Positions 1 to 12,556 of a stretch of 64,000 nucleotides of DNA are shown piece by piece. Where the stretch lies: contig NW_026515691.1 in the NCBI RefSeq assembly GCF_025526975.1, positions 124,001 through 188,000 on the forward strand. The letters are read 5' to 3'. Made by a program: the position numbers and the translations under genes. Numbering within the stretch: position 1 is the stretch's first letter; the number at the start of each line of letters is the position of its first letter. Source of the DNA: Fimicolochytrium jonesii. Lineage: Eukaryota. Below the pieces are notes generated by a model. That model was not told the origin of the DNA and did no database searches. It saw nothing but the letters and a program-made list of their open reading frames with translations.

Positions 1-120
1 AGCCCAGACAGTCTCATTCCTCCTCATGTGGGTCGCGGAGGCATGAGGTGATTCTCATGGGAGGGCCTGAAAGACCCCGTACTAGGTACAGACCCCTGCG
101 TCCTCACAGATTGGGGTACA

Positions 121-1855
121 TTACGAACATTGTGGTGGGTAGTTGGAGTTCACCCAATGATCGATGAATACGAGGTATACGTGGAGGAAGACGACGAGGA
201 AGGCGGGGTAGTAAAGCTTCCGGATTGTTCTGTTTGAGAGGGGTGGAAGATGCTCAGTCCCAAGGTCCATCTGAGTCCGACGGGTCCTTCGACAGAGGAC
301 TCACATTTCAATGTCGAAGATGCCAGTGGCCCACCATGCCGAAGCCCGCTCATCGTCCAGCTGTAACAGCTCAAATGTCAGGTCAGATGCTGTAGTTTGA
401 AGATTCCGACCATCATGAAACTTCCCCAACCAACCTTCTGACGCTGATCCGCAAGAATCCACAGCGATCTCCGATGATGCTCCAACTGGATGCTCAACCG
501 CTCCTTCGCCTCCTTCAACTCCTTCTCTTGTGCTCGAAGTCGGTTCAACTGGTGGGTGAACACACATAAGAACAGACTTTCGCGAACCTCCAGATACGCC
601 AAACCCCTTGATTCTCACCACCGTGTCAAGTAGCTCGTTTCGTTCCTTTAGCCTCCGCTCTTCTTCGGCGGCCAGAGGCGCAAGTTTACTTATTTTCGCG
701 TTTTCCATTCGAGCTCTGGAGATCGAAAGGAGGGATCGAAATGAGTTGTGCGGTTCCCATATGCCGAGCGGAGTCACAACCGGATCCGGATGAGCGTACG
801 TACATTTCCTCTTCCAGGTACGTCTCAATCTCCATAGCCTCCGCCGTTTCGTCAACCGCATACGCCTCATCGTCGTCCATCCCCAAATCCAGCGACAGTC
901 CCAGATTCAGCGCATCCTCCTCCCATCCTTCCCCGCCCTCCTCCCCCTCGATATCCACCTCCCGATCTTGTGACTGCACTCTCTTCCGAGGACTTGGACC
1001 GCTGATCTCGGATAATCTGCGGAGATTGTCAATCGTTTCGTCTCCAATTGATCGCTCTGATGTGACAGGCTCATCGGCTGGCGCTGAACGACTGCGGTGA
1101 GAAGCTTCTGCGTTCTGGAGCTCACGAGATAAAGGACTCGCAGACGGCTTTGTGGATGATATCAGGTCCGCTGCCCGTACTTGTCTTGGTTTTGAAGGTG
1201 CCGGGGTTGGAGATTCTGGGTATCCTCTTGGCGACCGTGACAAACGTCCACTCGCCTCTTGTCGCAGGGGCAAAACCTGAGACATCATCGCTACGGATTC
1301 GTCGGTGGGCGATAAGCTGCTGATCCCATGTGTTGAGGAAGTATGTTGCGACACTGTTTTCGTCACTTTCATTTCGGATGCGAGGCTGGAGGTGGGCGCT
1401 AGTCGGTGGTTCACCGCAGGGTCGTTGTACAGATCGAGATCGAGCTTCTCGGCAGAGGAGCGTCGCACACTTTTTAGCTTTCTGCTGAAAGCGTCGTCCT
1501 TTGCGGCGGTCATTGCTGTCCCAGTGGATGGTTCTTCAGAGGCCGTCTGTGAGGTCAACATCGAGTGACTTTTTCGTTGGACGACAAGATAGTCTAGGCC
1601 TCTGTCTCTAAAGAACAAGCAGCTTTATTGTACTGTACTATTCGCCGTTGCCGACTATGAAGCTTCGATCGAGGTGTTCTGAAAGGTGTGCAACAAAGAG
1701 GAGGGCTTCAGGAGAGACTGCCAGTCCGAGAAAGGGGCCGATGCCAGAAAGCTCAGCCTGCAACCTGTGGACGCGTTTTCGACAAGTTGCCTCGCCCGAT
1801 CTGCCCAAACCCTCGACGGTGCCGCTTCCCGACCTTCCAACTGTGTACTGTACAT
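121..1855 (-). CDS. Uncharacterised multi-exon protein: disordered S/P-rich N-part, coiled coil, C-terminal TM helix and short tail (tail-anchored)
   Basis: Splicing ORF pieces 686..1618, 301..870 and 378..602 via GT-AG introns (last intron 304..230) gives ...RLKERNELLDT/LNRLRAQEKELKEAKERLSIQLEHHRRSLWILADQRQK/LDDERASAWWATGIFDIE/ITIRKLYYPAFLVVFLHVYLVFIDHWVNSNYPPQCS*, stop at 121-123. The start at 1855 is tentative. Confidence 0.6.
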
Positions 1856-2169
1856 ATCCAACGGCCAAGGATACGTCTGGGACGCCGACACTACGTTCGT
1901 TCAGTCCTTTCCCTAAAGCCACTGCTTGCAACATAAACCAGGGGCCAAAAAAGAGCAGGACTACATACATCTGTGACCCATTCCGGGTCAGCTATCATCA
2001 AACCCCAAGGGCGTGAGAGAGACCGGTCGCTCCATATCTACTCCCAACCCGCCTTTTTCAGTCGTCACACTTCGCAGAGTGCGGAACCTAGAGATCCGAC
2101 ACCGAACGGGCTACTGCCCAGGCACCCCTCGCACCCCCCGCATCTCACCCCGCACGACACCCCTCAACC

Positions 2170-2757
2170 ATGTCCAAAGGCTTCACGCTCAAAGACGCGA
2201 TAAAGGCCTGGGAAGAAAAAACCGGTCTTGTCGCGGCCGACAGTCCCAAGATCAAGCTCATCTCCTCCCAACCCTTCCTAACCAAGATGGACGCCTCCCT
2301 CGCACAGCTCACCAAATGCGAGCACCTCGCCCTGTCCACCAACCAGATCGACAAGATCTCCTCGCTGAACGGCCTCGCCTCCCTCAAGATCCTCTCCCTC
2401 GGCCGCAACAACATCAAGAAGATCGAGGGCCTTGACGCTGTTGCCGATACGTTGGAGGAGCTCTGGATCAGCTATAACCAGATCGAGCGGCTGAATGGGA
2501 TCGAGTGCTGTAAGAAGCTCAAGGTGCTGTATGCGAGCAACAATAAGATCAAGGATTGGAGTGGGTTGCAGCCGTTGGGCGGGTTGGCGCATTGTGTCGA
2601 GGTGCTGTTTGTGGGGAATCCCGTGGAGGAGAAGGCCACGGGGGAGAATGTGTGGGTTGCTGAGATGACAAAGAGGTTTCCGCAGTTGAAGAAGTTGGAT
2701 GGGAAGCCGATTATTAGGGAGGGTGGGGGGGATGAGGAGGACGAGAAGGGGGAGTGA
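2170..2757 (+). CDS. DNAL1: Dynein axonemal light chain 1 (outer-arm LC1, LRR protein), intronless
   Basis: 195 aa with TLKDAIKAWEEK, CEHLALSTNQIDKI, LKILSLGRNNIKKIEGL, TLEELWISYNQIERL, LFVGNP and LKKLDG, characteristic of LC1/DNAL1. Confidence 0.95.
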   Translation: MSKGFTLKDAIKAWEEKTGLVAADSPKIKLISSQPFLTKMDASLAQLTKCEHLALSTNQIDKISSLNGLASLKILSLGRNNIKKIEGLDAVADTLEELWISYNQIERLNGIECCKKLKVLYASNNKIKDWSGLQPLGGLAHCVEVLFVGNPVEEKATGENVWVAEMTKRFPQLKKLDGKPIIREGGGDEEDEKGE

Positions 2758-3116
2758 GGCGGCTAGGTTCTGTGGTGTGGTGGGAGGGTGCAAGAGGGGC
2801 GTGGAGCGCTGTAATGGGAGCATCGAACATTTCAACGTTTTGTGTTTTTGCGTAAACTTTTTCTACCGTCATTGTCTCTCTGGACAGGAGGATAAAGAAG
2901 GCATGTGGGGACGATACGACACGTAGATATATTCCTCCAATGTTTGTGATATCACTTGCGCGATGGGAATGTGAGCATTTCCAGAGTGTTATTTTAAATA
3001 AAGAGAGAAGAGCATTTCCCTCCACGCAACGATTCAGAGCGACCCTCCATATCCCGGGCTTGACGAGTGTGCAATCCTCCGTATACCTCCACCGTTCTCG
3101 ATTCCGCCACGCGCTG

Positions 3117-4206
3117 ATGACATTCCCGTTTCGGGTTTTTGCGTTTTCGGAGGATGATATTAAACACATCACGTTTCCCACGATGCGTCAAGACTTACGT
3201 TACGCCCCTTTCAAGTTTCGAGTAGCCGCGTTGACGTTGCGTACTCGATACCATGTCCTTGGTGCGCTGGTCGGTACACTGCCGAAGATGCCGCTGCAGA
3301 ACACTTTCTTTGGACTGCCCGTGTTGTTGATGGATGAGGAGGTGACGGTGCTGTTGCGGAATGGTGCGTATCTTATGGAAAAAGCTGCTTAAGCTTGCAG
3401 GAAGACTAAATTTTTGATTGACGTGTAGGTCTAATAAAACCTGCAGCGTCGCCTGGGGTCACGGCATACCCACGAAGGAGGATATACAGGCGCTGGCGAC
3501 AAAGCGAGAAGAAGCGATGAATATGTACCTGGAGGAGAGGAGGAGAGTGGCCGTCATCATATTGATCAAATCAAAAAGAGCCGCTGCGCGGACGAAAGCG
3601 GGCACAAAGCCGGGAAAGAAGAAGAAAGAGGAGTTTGGGATTTCGACTTCTACGGATCCCAGTGAGCCAGAGCAAATTGGGTCTGGGAGCGAATCGATGG
3701 GAGAACGGAAGAAATCCGTCACTTTCTCGGCCGAGGTGGATTCTGCAATTCCTGCCGCCCACCTAGACACAGCTCAGCCGAAGAACCCACCCTCTCAACC
3801 GCCCCCGTTACGCGTCCCATCCTGTCTCAACGCATCGTCTGTAAGCGAGGAAACAGCATCACAACTGTTAACGCCAATGACAGAATTGAGTCTCAAGCTG
3901 AAATCCATGGCGCTCAAATCACCAGTAGTGCATGGTGACGATTATGAAGACGAGCAATCTCCCTCTGCTACAAGCACCATCACGCCAATGACGGAATTGA
4001 GCACACTGATGAACATGATGGGGCTGAGATCCGAGAGAGGCAGTAGTGTACCCGAGGAGAATGCGGCGGAAGGGAAAGAGAAGGCGAAGGAACAGAGTCA
4101 TGATGGAGCCCCCGGCGGAGGAGAATCATTGAGCAGCTTTTGCTCCAGATGCGGAGCTTCCCGGTGCACAATCGCCCTCACACACTCGGAGGCACACTCG
4201 GCCTAA
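3117..4206 (+). pseudogene. tRNA-splicing endonuclease Sen34-like N-terminal region fused to a low-complexity tail; no catalytic domain (truncated paralog or pseudogene)
   Basis: LRTRYHVLGALVGTLPKMPLQNTFFGLPVLLMDEEVTVLLRNG matches the Sen34 N-terminal motif. The downstream ORF 3418..4206 is charged/disordered, and no KFGGDFLxYPGDP-type block is visible before RFC1. Confidence 0.55.
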
Positions 4207-4640
4207 TGAGCGTTGCGACGGACAGCCGAGGAGCGGTGAAAGTGAGGCGTGCGGACATGACCTGTGAGAAACGGAAGTAGTTGAAGGGCAAAACGTGAGA
4301 ATCCGGACGTCTTGCGGCGAGCGGAATAAATGCAAATCTAGCACGGTCTGATCCCGTTTGACGAGGACTTCCCTTCCCCGGAAATCTAGAAGCGACCGAG
4401 AACCTAGTCCCGAGGGACCCTGGTACTTACGTTTTGCGTTCCTAAATGCAGGAGCGAGGGGTATTGGGATTGTTCTTGAGGTGGACTTCTCGCTGCTTGC
4501 CTATCAACCTCAAACTGCTGGACATGGACAAGCTGATGGACAAGGCAGATGTTCCCATGCGAATGCCATTATTCCCTATTCTTCCCGAAATCACGTGGAC
4601 AGCTCGATTAAATCACAACTTTGATCTGACCGTTTTGATG

Positions 4641-4704
4641 AGCATCCCAGCCCCGCATCAGCGTGTGTCCGAAGCATCCTAGCCCCGCATCAGCGTGTGT
4701 CCGA
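4641..4704. repeat. Tandem duplication, 2 x 32 bp (1 mismatch)
   Basis: agcatcccagccccgcatcagcgtgtgtccga followed by agcatcctagccccgcatcagcgtgtgtccga. Confidence 0.9.
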
Positions 4705-4863
4705 TTATCTTAATGTTGATGAGGTCAAAGGGCTGCATTGCATCCGACGGGTCCCGGGACACCCAACATCGAGTAGGAACTCTCACAGGGGGACAGACTC
4801 AACGTAAGTCCTCTCCGCAGCCGCACCTGAGACGTACTTCCCGAGAATTAGAGCGTCGAAAGA

Positions 4864-7800
4864 ATGGTAAGCCACGGCTCTCGCGCGATGAGGGAAGATC
4901 ACTCAGAAAGTGACGTTTTTACCCGCCTTTTGCTCAGGACATTCGTAGCTTTTTCGCACCAAAGAACGGCGCCGCGAACGGGAAGGCGGCTGCGCCTGCC
5001 ACAAGCAAGCCAACGGCGAAGGTTCGTAAGTCAGGCAATCGTCGTTCTCGCCTGTCTTCCGAATATTAAGCGAGAGCCTTTTTTCCCGTAGGCTCCGGGA
5101 GCCACCAAAGCCTCCGCAAAGGGTATGCCCGACCTCGTCGCTGATATTCTTGTGAACTGATTACTGAACAACGGCGTCAATTTGTAATAGATGAATCTCT
5201 GGATACTTCGCAGTACGTACACCTCGCGATGCAGCCGCGGAAAGGCACTTACCTGTTGACTGTAGAGGGGATGAGTCGAAATACTTTGCCAAAACATCAA
5301 CAAAGAGGAAGGGGAGGGCAGTAGTAGATTCCTCAGAAGAAGATGATGATGTAAAGATGCAGTCGGAGGTGGCACCATCGAATGGAGCTACCCGATACAG
5401 GACGAGGTGAGGCCAGCCAAGGGAAACGTCCTCTCTGAATATCAAGAGTAGCTGATGTTGCGAAGCCCGCCAGCGAAGAAGCCAAAAGCCTCAGCAGCGC
5501 CAGCGAAACAGGTCGATCCTCCAAAGGAAGTGGATCCCGACTCCTTCTTCGAAACGAAGCCCGTTAATCGAAGGTCTGGAAGAACTGCCGCGACGAAAGC
5601 CAAAGCAGATGTCAAAGAAGAAATAAAGGAAGAGGTGAGTCGGCTCTATGCCGCTACGCGAAGCACCGCTCTCCTTGACATTCTTCCAGCAGGCACAGGG
5701 CGCTTCACCAAAACCTAATACGCCGGTTAAAACGCGAGCGCGCCCTGCAAAACGTCGCGTAAAGGATGAAGACGACTTTGATGCGACTGACATAGACGAG
5801 GAACTAGATGAGCCTCCTCGAAAGAAGAAAGCAGCTCCCGCACGAAAGATAAAGGACGAAACGCTTCCGGAAGTTAGTGTGGCTGATACGAAGGAAGAGA
5901 AGGCGACTCCATCTACCACGCGAAAAGCCAAACCGGAACCTGCGAAGAAAGAGCCAGCTGGCGCTTCTTCACAGCCGCAGACTCCGACATCGGGAGAGAC
6001 GGGGGAAAAGAAAAAGTCCGGCTTCCAGGCATATATGTCCCGGAAATCTGCAGGGCCGGTAGCACTCGGAAGCAAACAGATTCCGGAAGGCGCAGAAAAC
6101 TGTTTGGCGGGTTTGACCTTCGTCTTCACGGGAGACCTCAGCTCAATATCGCGTGATACAGCGACGGATTTGGTGAAGCGGTATGGCGGGAAAACAACCA
6201 CTGCGGCAAGTTCCCGAACTTCATACGTCGTAGTTGGAGCGGAACCTGGGGAGTCGAAAATGAAGAAAGTCAAAGAACATAATATCAAGACGGTGGATGA
6301 AGACGGCTTCTTCGATCTCATCCGGACGCGACCAGCCGCATCTAGCTCGCCCGCTAAGGGATCCACGGCGAAAGGCAAAGCGAAAACATCTGCCGCGGCG
6401 ACAGCTGCGGCTTCGAAAATCACACCTGCAGCCGCACCCTTAGAGTGAGTGAGGGTTGTCTTCAGATTGGGATGATACAAAGCTAATGGTCCCTTTACAG
6501 CGGTAACGAGCAGCTCTGGACGACAAAATACAAACCTCGTTCATATTCGGATATCATCGGAAACAAAACCCTCGTGCAAAACCTGGCAGCATGGCTGAAA
6601 GACTGGTATGCAAAACGGAGCGCGCGGACAGGCACATATACGCGTGGCCAACACTTCCTTATTCTTTCAGGGAAAAGAACCGGAAGAACGGCTTCAAGCG
6701 AATGGGTGGGCAAGAGTTCTCCGCCAACCGTGCGGCATTGTTGTCCGGACCTCCCGGTATAGGGAAGACTACCACCGCCCATCTAGTGGCTGAGATGGAG
6801 GGCTTCAATGTGCTGGAGCTGAACGCTAGTGACACCAGGAATAAGAAGGCGCTTGATGTAGGCGATAGCACCAAAGCGCATGGAATGTCAGGACTGAGTA
6901 CTAATATCCTTGTGCATGATTAGCTTATGTTGAAGGAGACACTAGGGACGTACGCCGTTACAGAGTTCTTCCTCCCAGAGAACCAGGCTGATGAGGCGCC
7001 CAAAGGAAAGGGTAAAGCGAAGCAGGTAAAGGCTGTGATTTTGTTCGGGTTTTGTTCCCACATCTTGGGCTAAGCGTGAAAGAACAGGCTGCGCCCGTCG
7101 AGAGAAAGAAGCAGATTGTGATCATGGACGAAGTGGATGGCATGTCCGGTGGCGACAGAGGGGGTAGCGCGGAACTGATACAGCTGATCAAAAAGACGAA
7201 GGTTCGGGATATCACCTTCCTTGTCAGTCTCGGGGCGGATCTGACCTTTTGCTTCAGGTCCCCATAATCTGCATCTGCAATGACAGGCAGTCGGCCAAGG
7301 TCAAGTCGCTGGCCAACTACTGTGCTGATTTCAGATTCCGAAGGTGCGGGCGGAAGTGTTTTAACGCTGGTTCTCGTAAACTGTACATGCTTATGCGCTA
7401 CGAACTGGCCTTTTCCAGACCGACAGGGATGCAAGTAGAGCCTCGCATCAGAGCTATTGCACAAGCGTGAGTTCAGCGAGTCAGGTGCTCATTCCCCGTG
7501 GAAAGTGCATGTGCTCACAATATCAATAGGGAAGGGTTGGAGTTGAAGCCCAATGTGGTCACCGAACTGACGAGCAGCACGGGAGCGGATATCCGGCAGA
7601 TCCTCAACCTGCTCTCCACTTACCGCTTAGGAAGTGGAGTGATGAACTACGATCAATCGAAGGACTTGTACGGAATGTGTTTTGCGGTATTTTGATATTC
7701 GATAGTCTGATCATGCTTTACCACCAGGGCACGATCTGCCGAGAAGAACACAACGATATCCCCATTTGAAGCCACTGCGAACCTTCTCGGCGGCGGGTCG

Positions 7801-9067
7801 TTCAATAACATGCGATTCTACGAGAAGATGGAGCTGTATTTCCACGACTATAGCCTGATGCCGCTCATGATCCAGGTGAGTAGTTGAAAGAAATTCTCCT
7901 TTACTGAAGGAAACAGGTGATCAATGGTGTTTACGTTGGACACTGCAGGAATCATACATCAAGACGCAACCCGCAATAGCTAGGTCTCTGGGCGGAGCAA
8001 ATCCGAAAAAAGTTGCTTTGGAGCACTTGCTCTGCCTTTCCAATGCGGCCGACTCGATATCACAGGCTGACATCCTTGACAACGTTCAACGAAGGTATGG
8101 GAATGGCTGCTATCTGACGCTGCGGTTTATGTGGGGTTGCTGATGGCAGATGATTTGCAGCACTCAAAGCTGGAGTCTCATGCCGTTGCACGCTGTGCTC
8201 TCGACCGTCCGGCCCGCATTTTTCACACATGGGTCCATTGGAGGCCCTACTGGATTCCCTAGGTACGTAGCAGCGTTTTCGTCGGCTGGAAACTCCGGAC
8301 TCTATGTCAACGGCGAACTCCGTCTTGCAGCTGGCTGGGTCAGAATTCGAAACAGATGAAAAACACACGACAACTGCGGGAGATTCAAAGTCACATGCGG
8401 CTCCACATTTCTGGCAATAAGCGGGAGGTGCGACTCAGCTACCTGCCTGCTCTGGCCCCGGCCCTGGCTCAACCTTTGATCAAGCAAGGAGCGGTGCGTA
8501 TTGTGTCAGAAGGCCGGCAAACTGTAGTCATTGCTGACATATTTTGACGATGGTCATAGGATGCCATTGAAGATGTCATCCAAGTCATGGATGATTACTA
8601 CCTCAACAAGGAAGATTGGGACTCAGTCATGGAGTTGGGTCTAGGTCAACTGTCGATGGCCAAGCTTGCTAACAAGATTCCCACCGCTGTGAAATCATCG
8701 TTCACGAGGATGTATGTTGTCTATCCAGGCGAGCGTCGTTGATGCACTGTATCACGACCATTAGTCTAATCATATCCCGTTTCTTTGCAGTTACAACAAA
8801 GGAACCCATCCAACAGCGGTGGTCAGCCTTCACGTCTCGAAAGGGAAAACCAAAGCGGCCGCGGGCCCTGCACCAGATCTAGAGGACATTGTAGAAGCCG
8901 AGGAGCCGGACATGGAGGAAGACGACGAAGCTGAGGATGAGGATGATATTGCAACGGATAGAATGATCAAGCAAAAGAAAGCGCCGGCGGCATCATCAAA
9001 GGCGGCTGCGCCGGCTGCTGCGAAGGGCAGAGGAAAGGCTAACGCATCGTCTTCTAAGAAGAAATAG
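4864..9067 (+). CDS. RFC1: Replication factor C large subunit, multi-exon
   Basis: ATG|gtaagc..cag|[10 protein letters not shown]-terminus; BRCT ([17 protein letters not shown]...VKRYGGK); LWTTKYKP; Walker [18 protein letters not shown]; Walker [17 protein letters not shown]-terminal domain; ends SSKKK*. Confidence 0.95.
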
Positions 9068-9827
9068 GCAGACGTTCCTGTCAGATAGGCTAGTGTCACG
9101 CAGGGCCCTTCGAGTCTTCGACGCGCAATTGCTGGGAAGGCTGACATCTTGGCGTACGTAGCTAATAGGTCCGGCAACGATAGTTAGCATATGGTAGTCC
9201 CTGGGACTGTATCTGCCCATTGTACCACATTCTCATAGTCTCATACTATGAGGCATTGGCATCTGCTCCTTCATGCCAAGGAGTCGTATATGTGCCTAGG
9301 GCGGGTCAGTTGAGGGGAAGTCGGTGCGGTGGGGCATGTTTTCCATTTTCGTGCAAAGGACTTCTCAACGACACACAGCCTTTGAAATTTGGCGTGCAGG
9401 GCCAAGTTGCGGCGAAGATCACGGCGCCGGAGCCCGGGTACCGCCACCCGGGAAGCCGGTAGGAGAGAAAGACGCTCACTTCTCTGAGAATTCTCTCATT
9501 TCTGCGGTTGCCGCCTCTGACCGCGCATTCTTCAAGGCCTGGCGGACGACTTCGGCAATGGACCGTCCTGCTGCCTCGTGCTGAACGTCTGAAGTGTATG
9601 GCCCTTTGCAAAGCGGCCGCCGAACCCTCCAAAGGAATTACTTGGCATATCCTGATCTCCGCCGTCTTCTGTTACCTATATCTCACCCAGCTCCACTCAC
9701 CGCCGGCAAATTGCCGTCGAAAATCGAAGTTCCATATTTCACGGTGCCTCTCTCCCAGCAGTTTCGATTCGAAAAAAAATGAAGCCCCGTGCAGCCTTCC
9801 ACCTGGAGAAAGCCGGCTTACCGGTGT

Positions 9828-12084
9828 ATGGAGGGGATGTTCTCACAGGTGTGTGTGCAGGCAACGTCTTTGGATGCATTCCCTCCTGTTCGAAGCACTA
9901 AGAACTTTGTTCTTTCAGGTCTTTTGGAAGTTGAAGCAATAGACAATACCATCAAAAGCATGGAAGTGCAGTGCTTGGGTGTTATCCAGTTCGCCAACGC
10001 CGCCAATCTACCGCTGTACGTATTGACTGTCTGGGCAAGCACTTTTTCGCCGCTGAAGAAGGGTTCTAATCGGGGCCTGGTTCTTACTTCACAGAGGCAC
10101 TATAGTAAAGCAGGCGGCCACCCCGGAGGACGTTAGGCATGTTCTTTTCCGACAAGTCATGGCACTTCCTGTGCACCAAGGTTCACAATTCTATCCGTTC
10201 AACTTCCCGCTGGTCATGACAACTGGGGACCCCTATCTGCCGTCGTCCATCAACGTAAGTGCTAGCTTCAGGTGTAAACTTTTTGCAGCCGGGCGTGATT
10301 GACGTCCTGTCCTCCGCAGACGACACATTTGTCCATCACGTACCTTCTTGTGCTCACGCTATTGAGATCGTGGCCGCGGGAGAACTTGATGCGCTATCAT
10401 AAGTTCACAGTTGCCGCAAGGCACGACACCAATCTGCCGCTGTATCGGATCCCGCAATCGGCTTCTAGGGACTGTGATGTAGGAGTTCTGGGGAGGTTCA
10501 AAAAGGGGACCGTAGAAGCGAGAGTTTCCATTCCGAGGAGCGCCTACTGCAAAGGTACGAACCATCTTTCTTGATGGAAGCCGGAGATTGTCTTTGGCCA
10601 ACGTCTTTTCCCGATGCATAGGTGATAGGATTCCCATTCGGTTGCAAATGAATCATTTAGCGAACGTCAAGCGTGTGACCAAAGCGACTGTTGCTCTGAA
10701 GCGGGAAATCCGTTGGGTCTGCAAGAAAGCTACAGTCAATCCATTACATGCAGCAATGTGCGCTCCCCCAGACTCGGGCTGCGCTAAAACTCGGTATAGT
10801 GCTGCAACTATTGGGGAGGCTGCGCTGCAACTTGACATCAAACCTGGGGCCGTGAATGTGGATATGAAAGCGTATTATCACCTAGATCCGCTGAGTTGCC
10901 CTCCGCATGAAAAACCGCGGAAACCGCTCCCTCCGCCTGTCAATCCGGTTCTGCATCATTCAGATTTCTTTCCTTGGAGCACCGACCCGACTGCAGACAA
11001 CTCCGTCGACGTCTCGTATCAGCTTCTTGTTGAGCTTCAAATTGGAGGCAGTGGTGGTGCCAAGGAGGAGAAAGCATCAAGCAAAAATCTGACGACGGAC
11101 GCAACGCACCTGGTGGCCACAAAAAAAGGAAGTGATAGCGACGCATCCATTCTGGATGGGGCCCTCAGTGGGTCGAAAAAGGTGCTGCAGTTCAGCTTCC
11201 CGATTACGATCGGAAATGTTCCGTTTATCGACGACGAGCCGAGTTCGCTCCCTCAGGAACGATTGTACAATCCTCCACCACATGCCCCGCCTCCCGCACC
11301 CCGACCTGTCCCTGCGCCTCCTGTGCTCCCAAATCGTCCGCCGATGCCGCCGCAACCGCAACCCTCACCTTCTACTCCACCACTGTTTGTGATGCAGAAA
11401 CCAAACCCAAGCGCCCCACCGGCGCCCTTCATGCGATCGGTCAGTGAATCTGCCATCGCGTCGACCGCCAACTTGTCTCCAACAAGTCTGGGAACAGCTA
11501 TGCCCCCAATAATAATGCCCCGCGTTCCACACCAAGCTAGATCCTTGCCTCCGATACCTCTAGAGGCTTCTAGTGCGACTAGCACCACGCAGCCTGCTGT
11601 TACTCGACCATTACATGCACCCCCATCGTCAACAATAGCAGCTGCAACCCTCACGAAAATCAGAGGGGGTCGCCCTATGTACCCTCCGCCGCCAGCCATC
11701 GTCCCACGTCACACCAACTCGTCGAACTTTACGCCGTCAACGCCGTCCACACCATACTCGCAACAGTCGTCGCCCCCAGCAGACGATGAACTATCTTCAT
11801 ACTTCTCATCATCACCGGTGCAGTCCCCATCCCTGTCGTCCAGCTTTTCCCAGCCGAGGCACGCGGCCCCGTCTGTGATTTCGCTCGCTTTCACACCCAC
11901 TGCCCCGGCGGAAAATGAGAACCACGAAGTGGGTCGAGGTTCACTGTTGGCACCTGCTGCTGAATGCAGGGAGCAGGATGGACAAGAAGCGTTTGGCGCT
12001 AATGATGCTAGCATGCAGGCCGCCGATGACGAGTGGGATGTACAGGAGGGAGAGGCTCCGCCGCCTTATACTTTGTTTGCGTAG
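9828..12084 (+). CDS. Alpha-arrestin (ART/ARRDC-like) with Pro-rich tail and terminal PPxY motif
   Basis: Arrestin-N-like FYPFNFPL..YLPSSI and SITYLLVLTL; arrestin-C-like VEARVSIPRSAYCKG/DRIPIRLQM...VDVSYQLLVEL...FPITIGNVP; ends EAPPPYTLFA*. Start uncertain (9828 or 9837). Confidence 0.75.
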
Positions 12085-12556
12085 TTCTTGGCGAACAGTT
12101 CTTTTTACTTTTTGGGCAAGATTGCTGGACATGACTAGTGTAGGTTAGATAGGAATCATTTGCAAAATTTCCCAATCGATTATGGTGCATGGGGACCTCG
12201 CATCCATGCTCAAAAGTTGATGTTCGATACATCAGCTCTTTTTCCAATTTCCTTTTTGCCAACTCCGACGCGGGAGAACAAGGCGCACATGGAAAGCAAG
12301 TCTTTGGGCGAGAAAGGAGAAGGAAGGCGAACGGCCTAAAATCGGTCTACGGCACAGCCCGATGGGGTGGCATGTCATACGTCGTTACCGCCGACAAACC
12401 GTGCCCGTTCATATCGACTGGCCATAAGGCATTGTGAACGTAGAGGCGCAGGTATAAGGTCCGTACACCCGTACCATGTCTGATCCAAGCCAGATCACCT
12501 TGAGCAATTATAATTATTTGTTCCTTGTACTCTAGTTTCCGAGAGCGTAACGCCTC

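Noticed and set aside
5491..6480. Long antisense ORFs (e.g. 5491..6480, 2278..2835, 20551..21294, 52372..52983)
   Set aside because: Shadow frames opposite well-supported or repetitive coding sequence.
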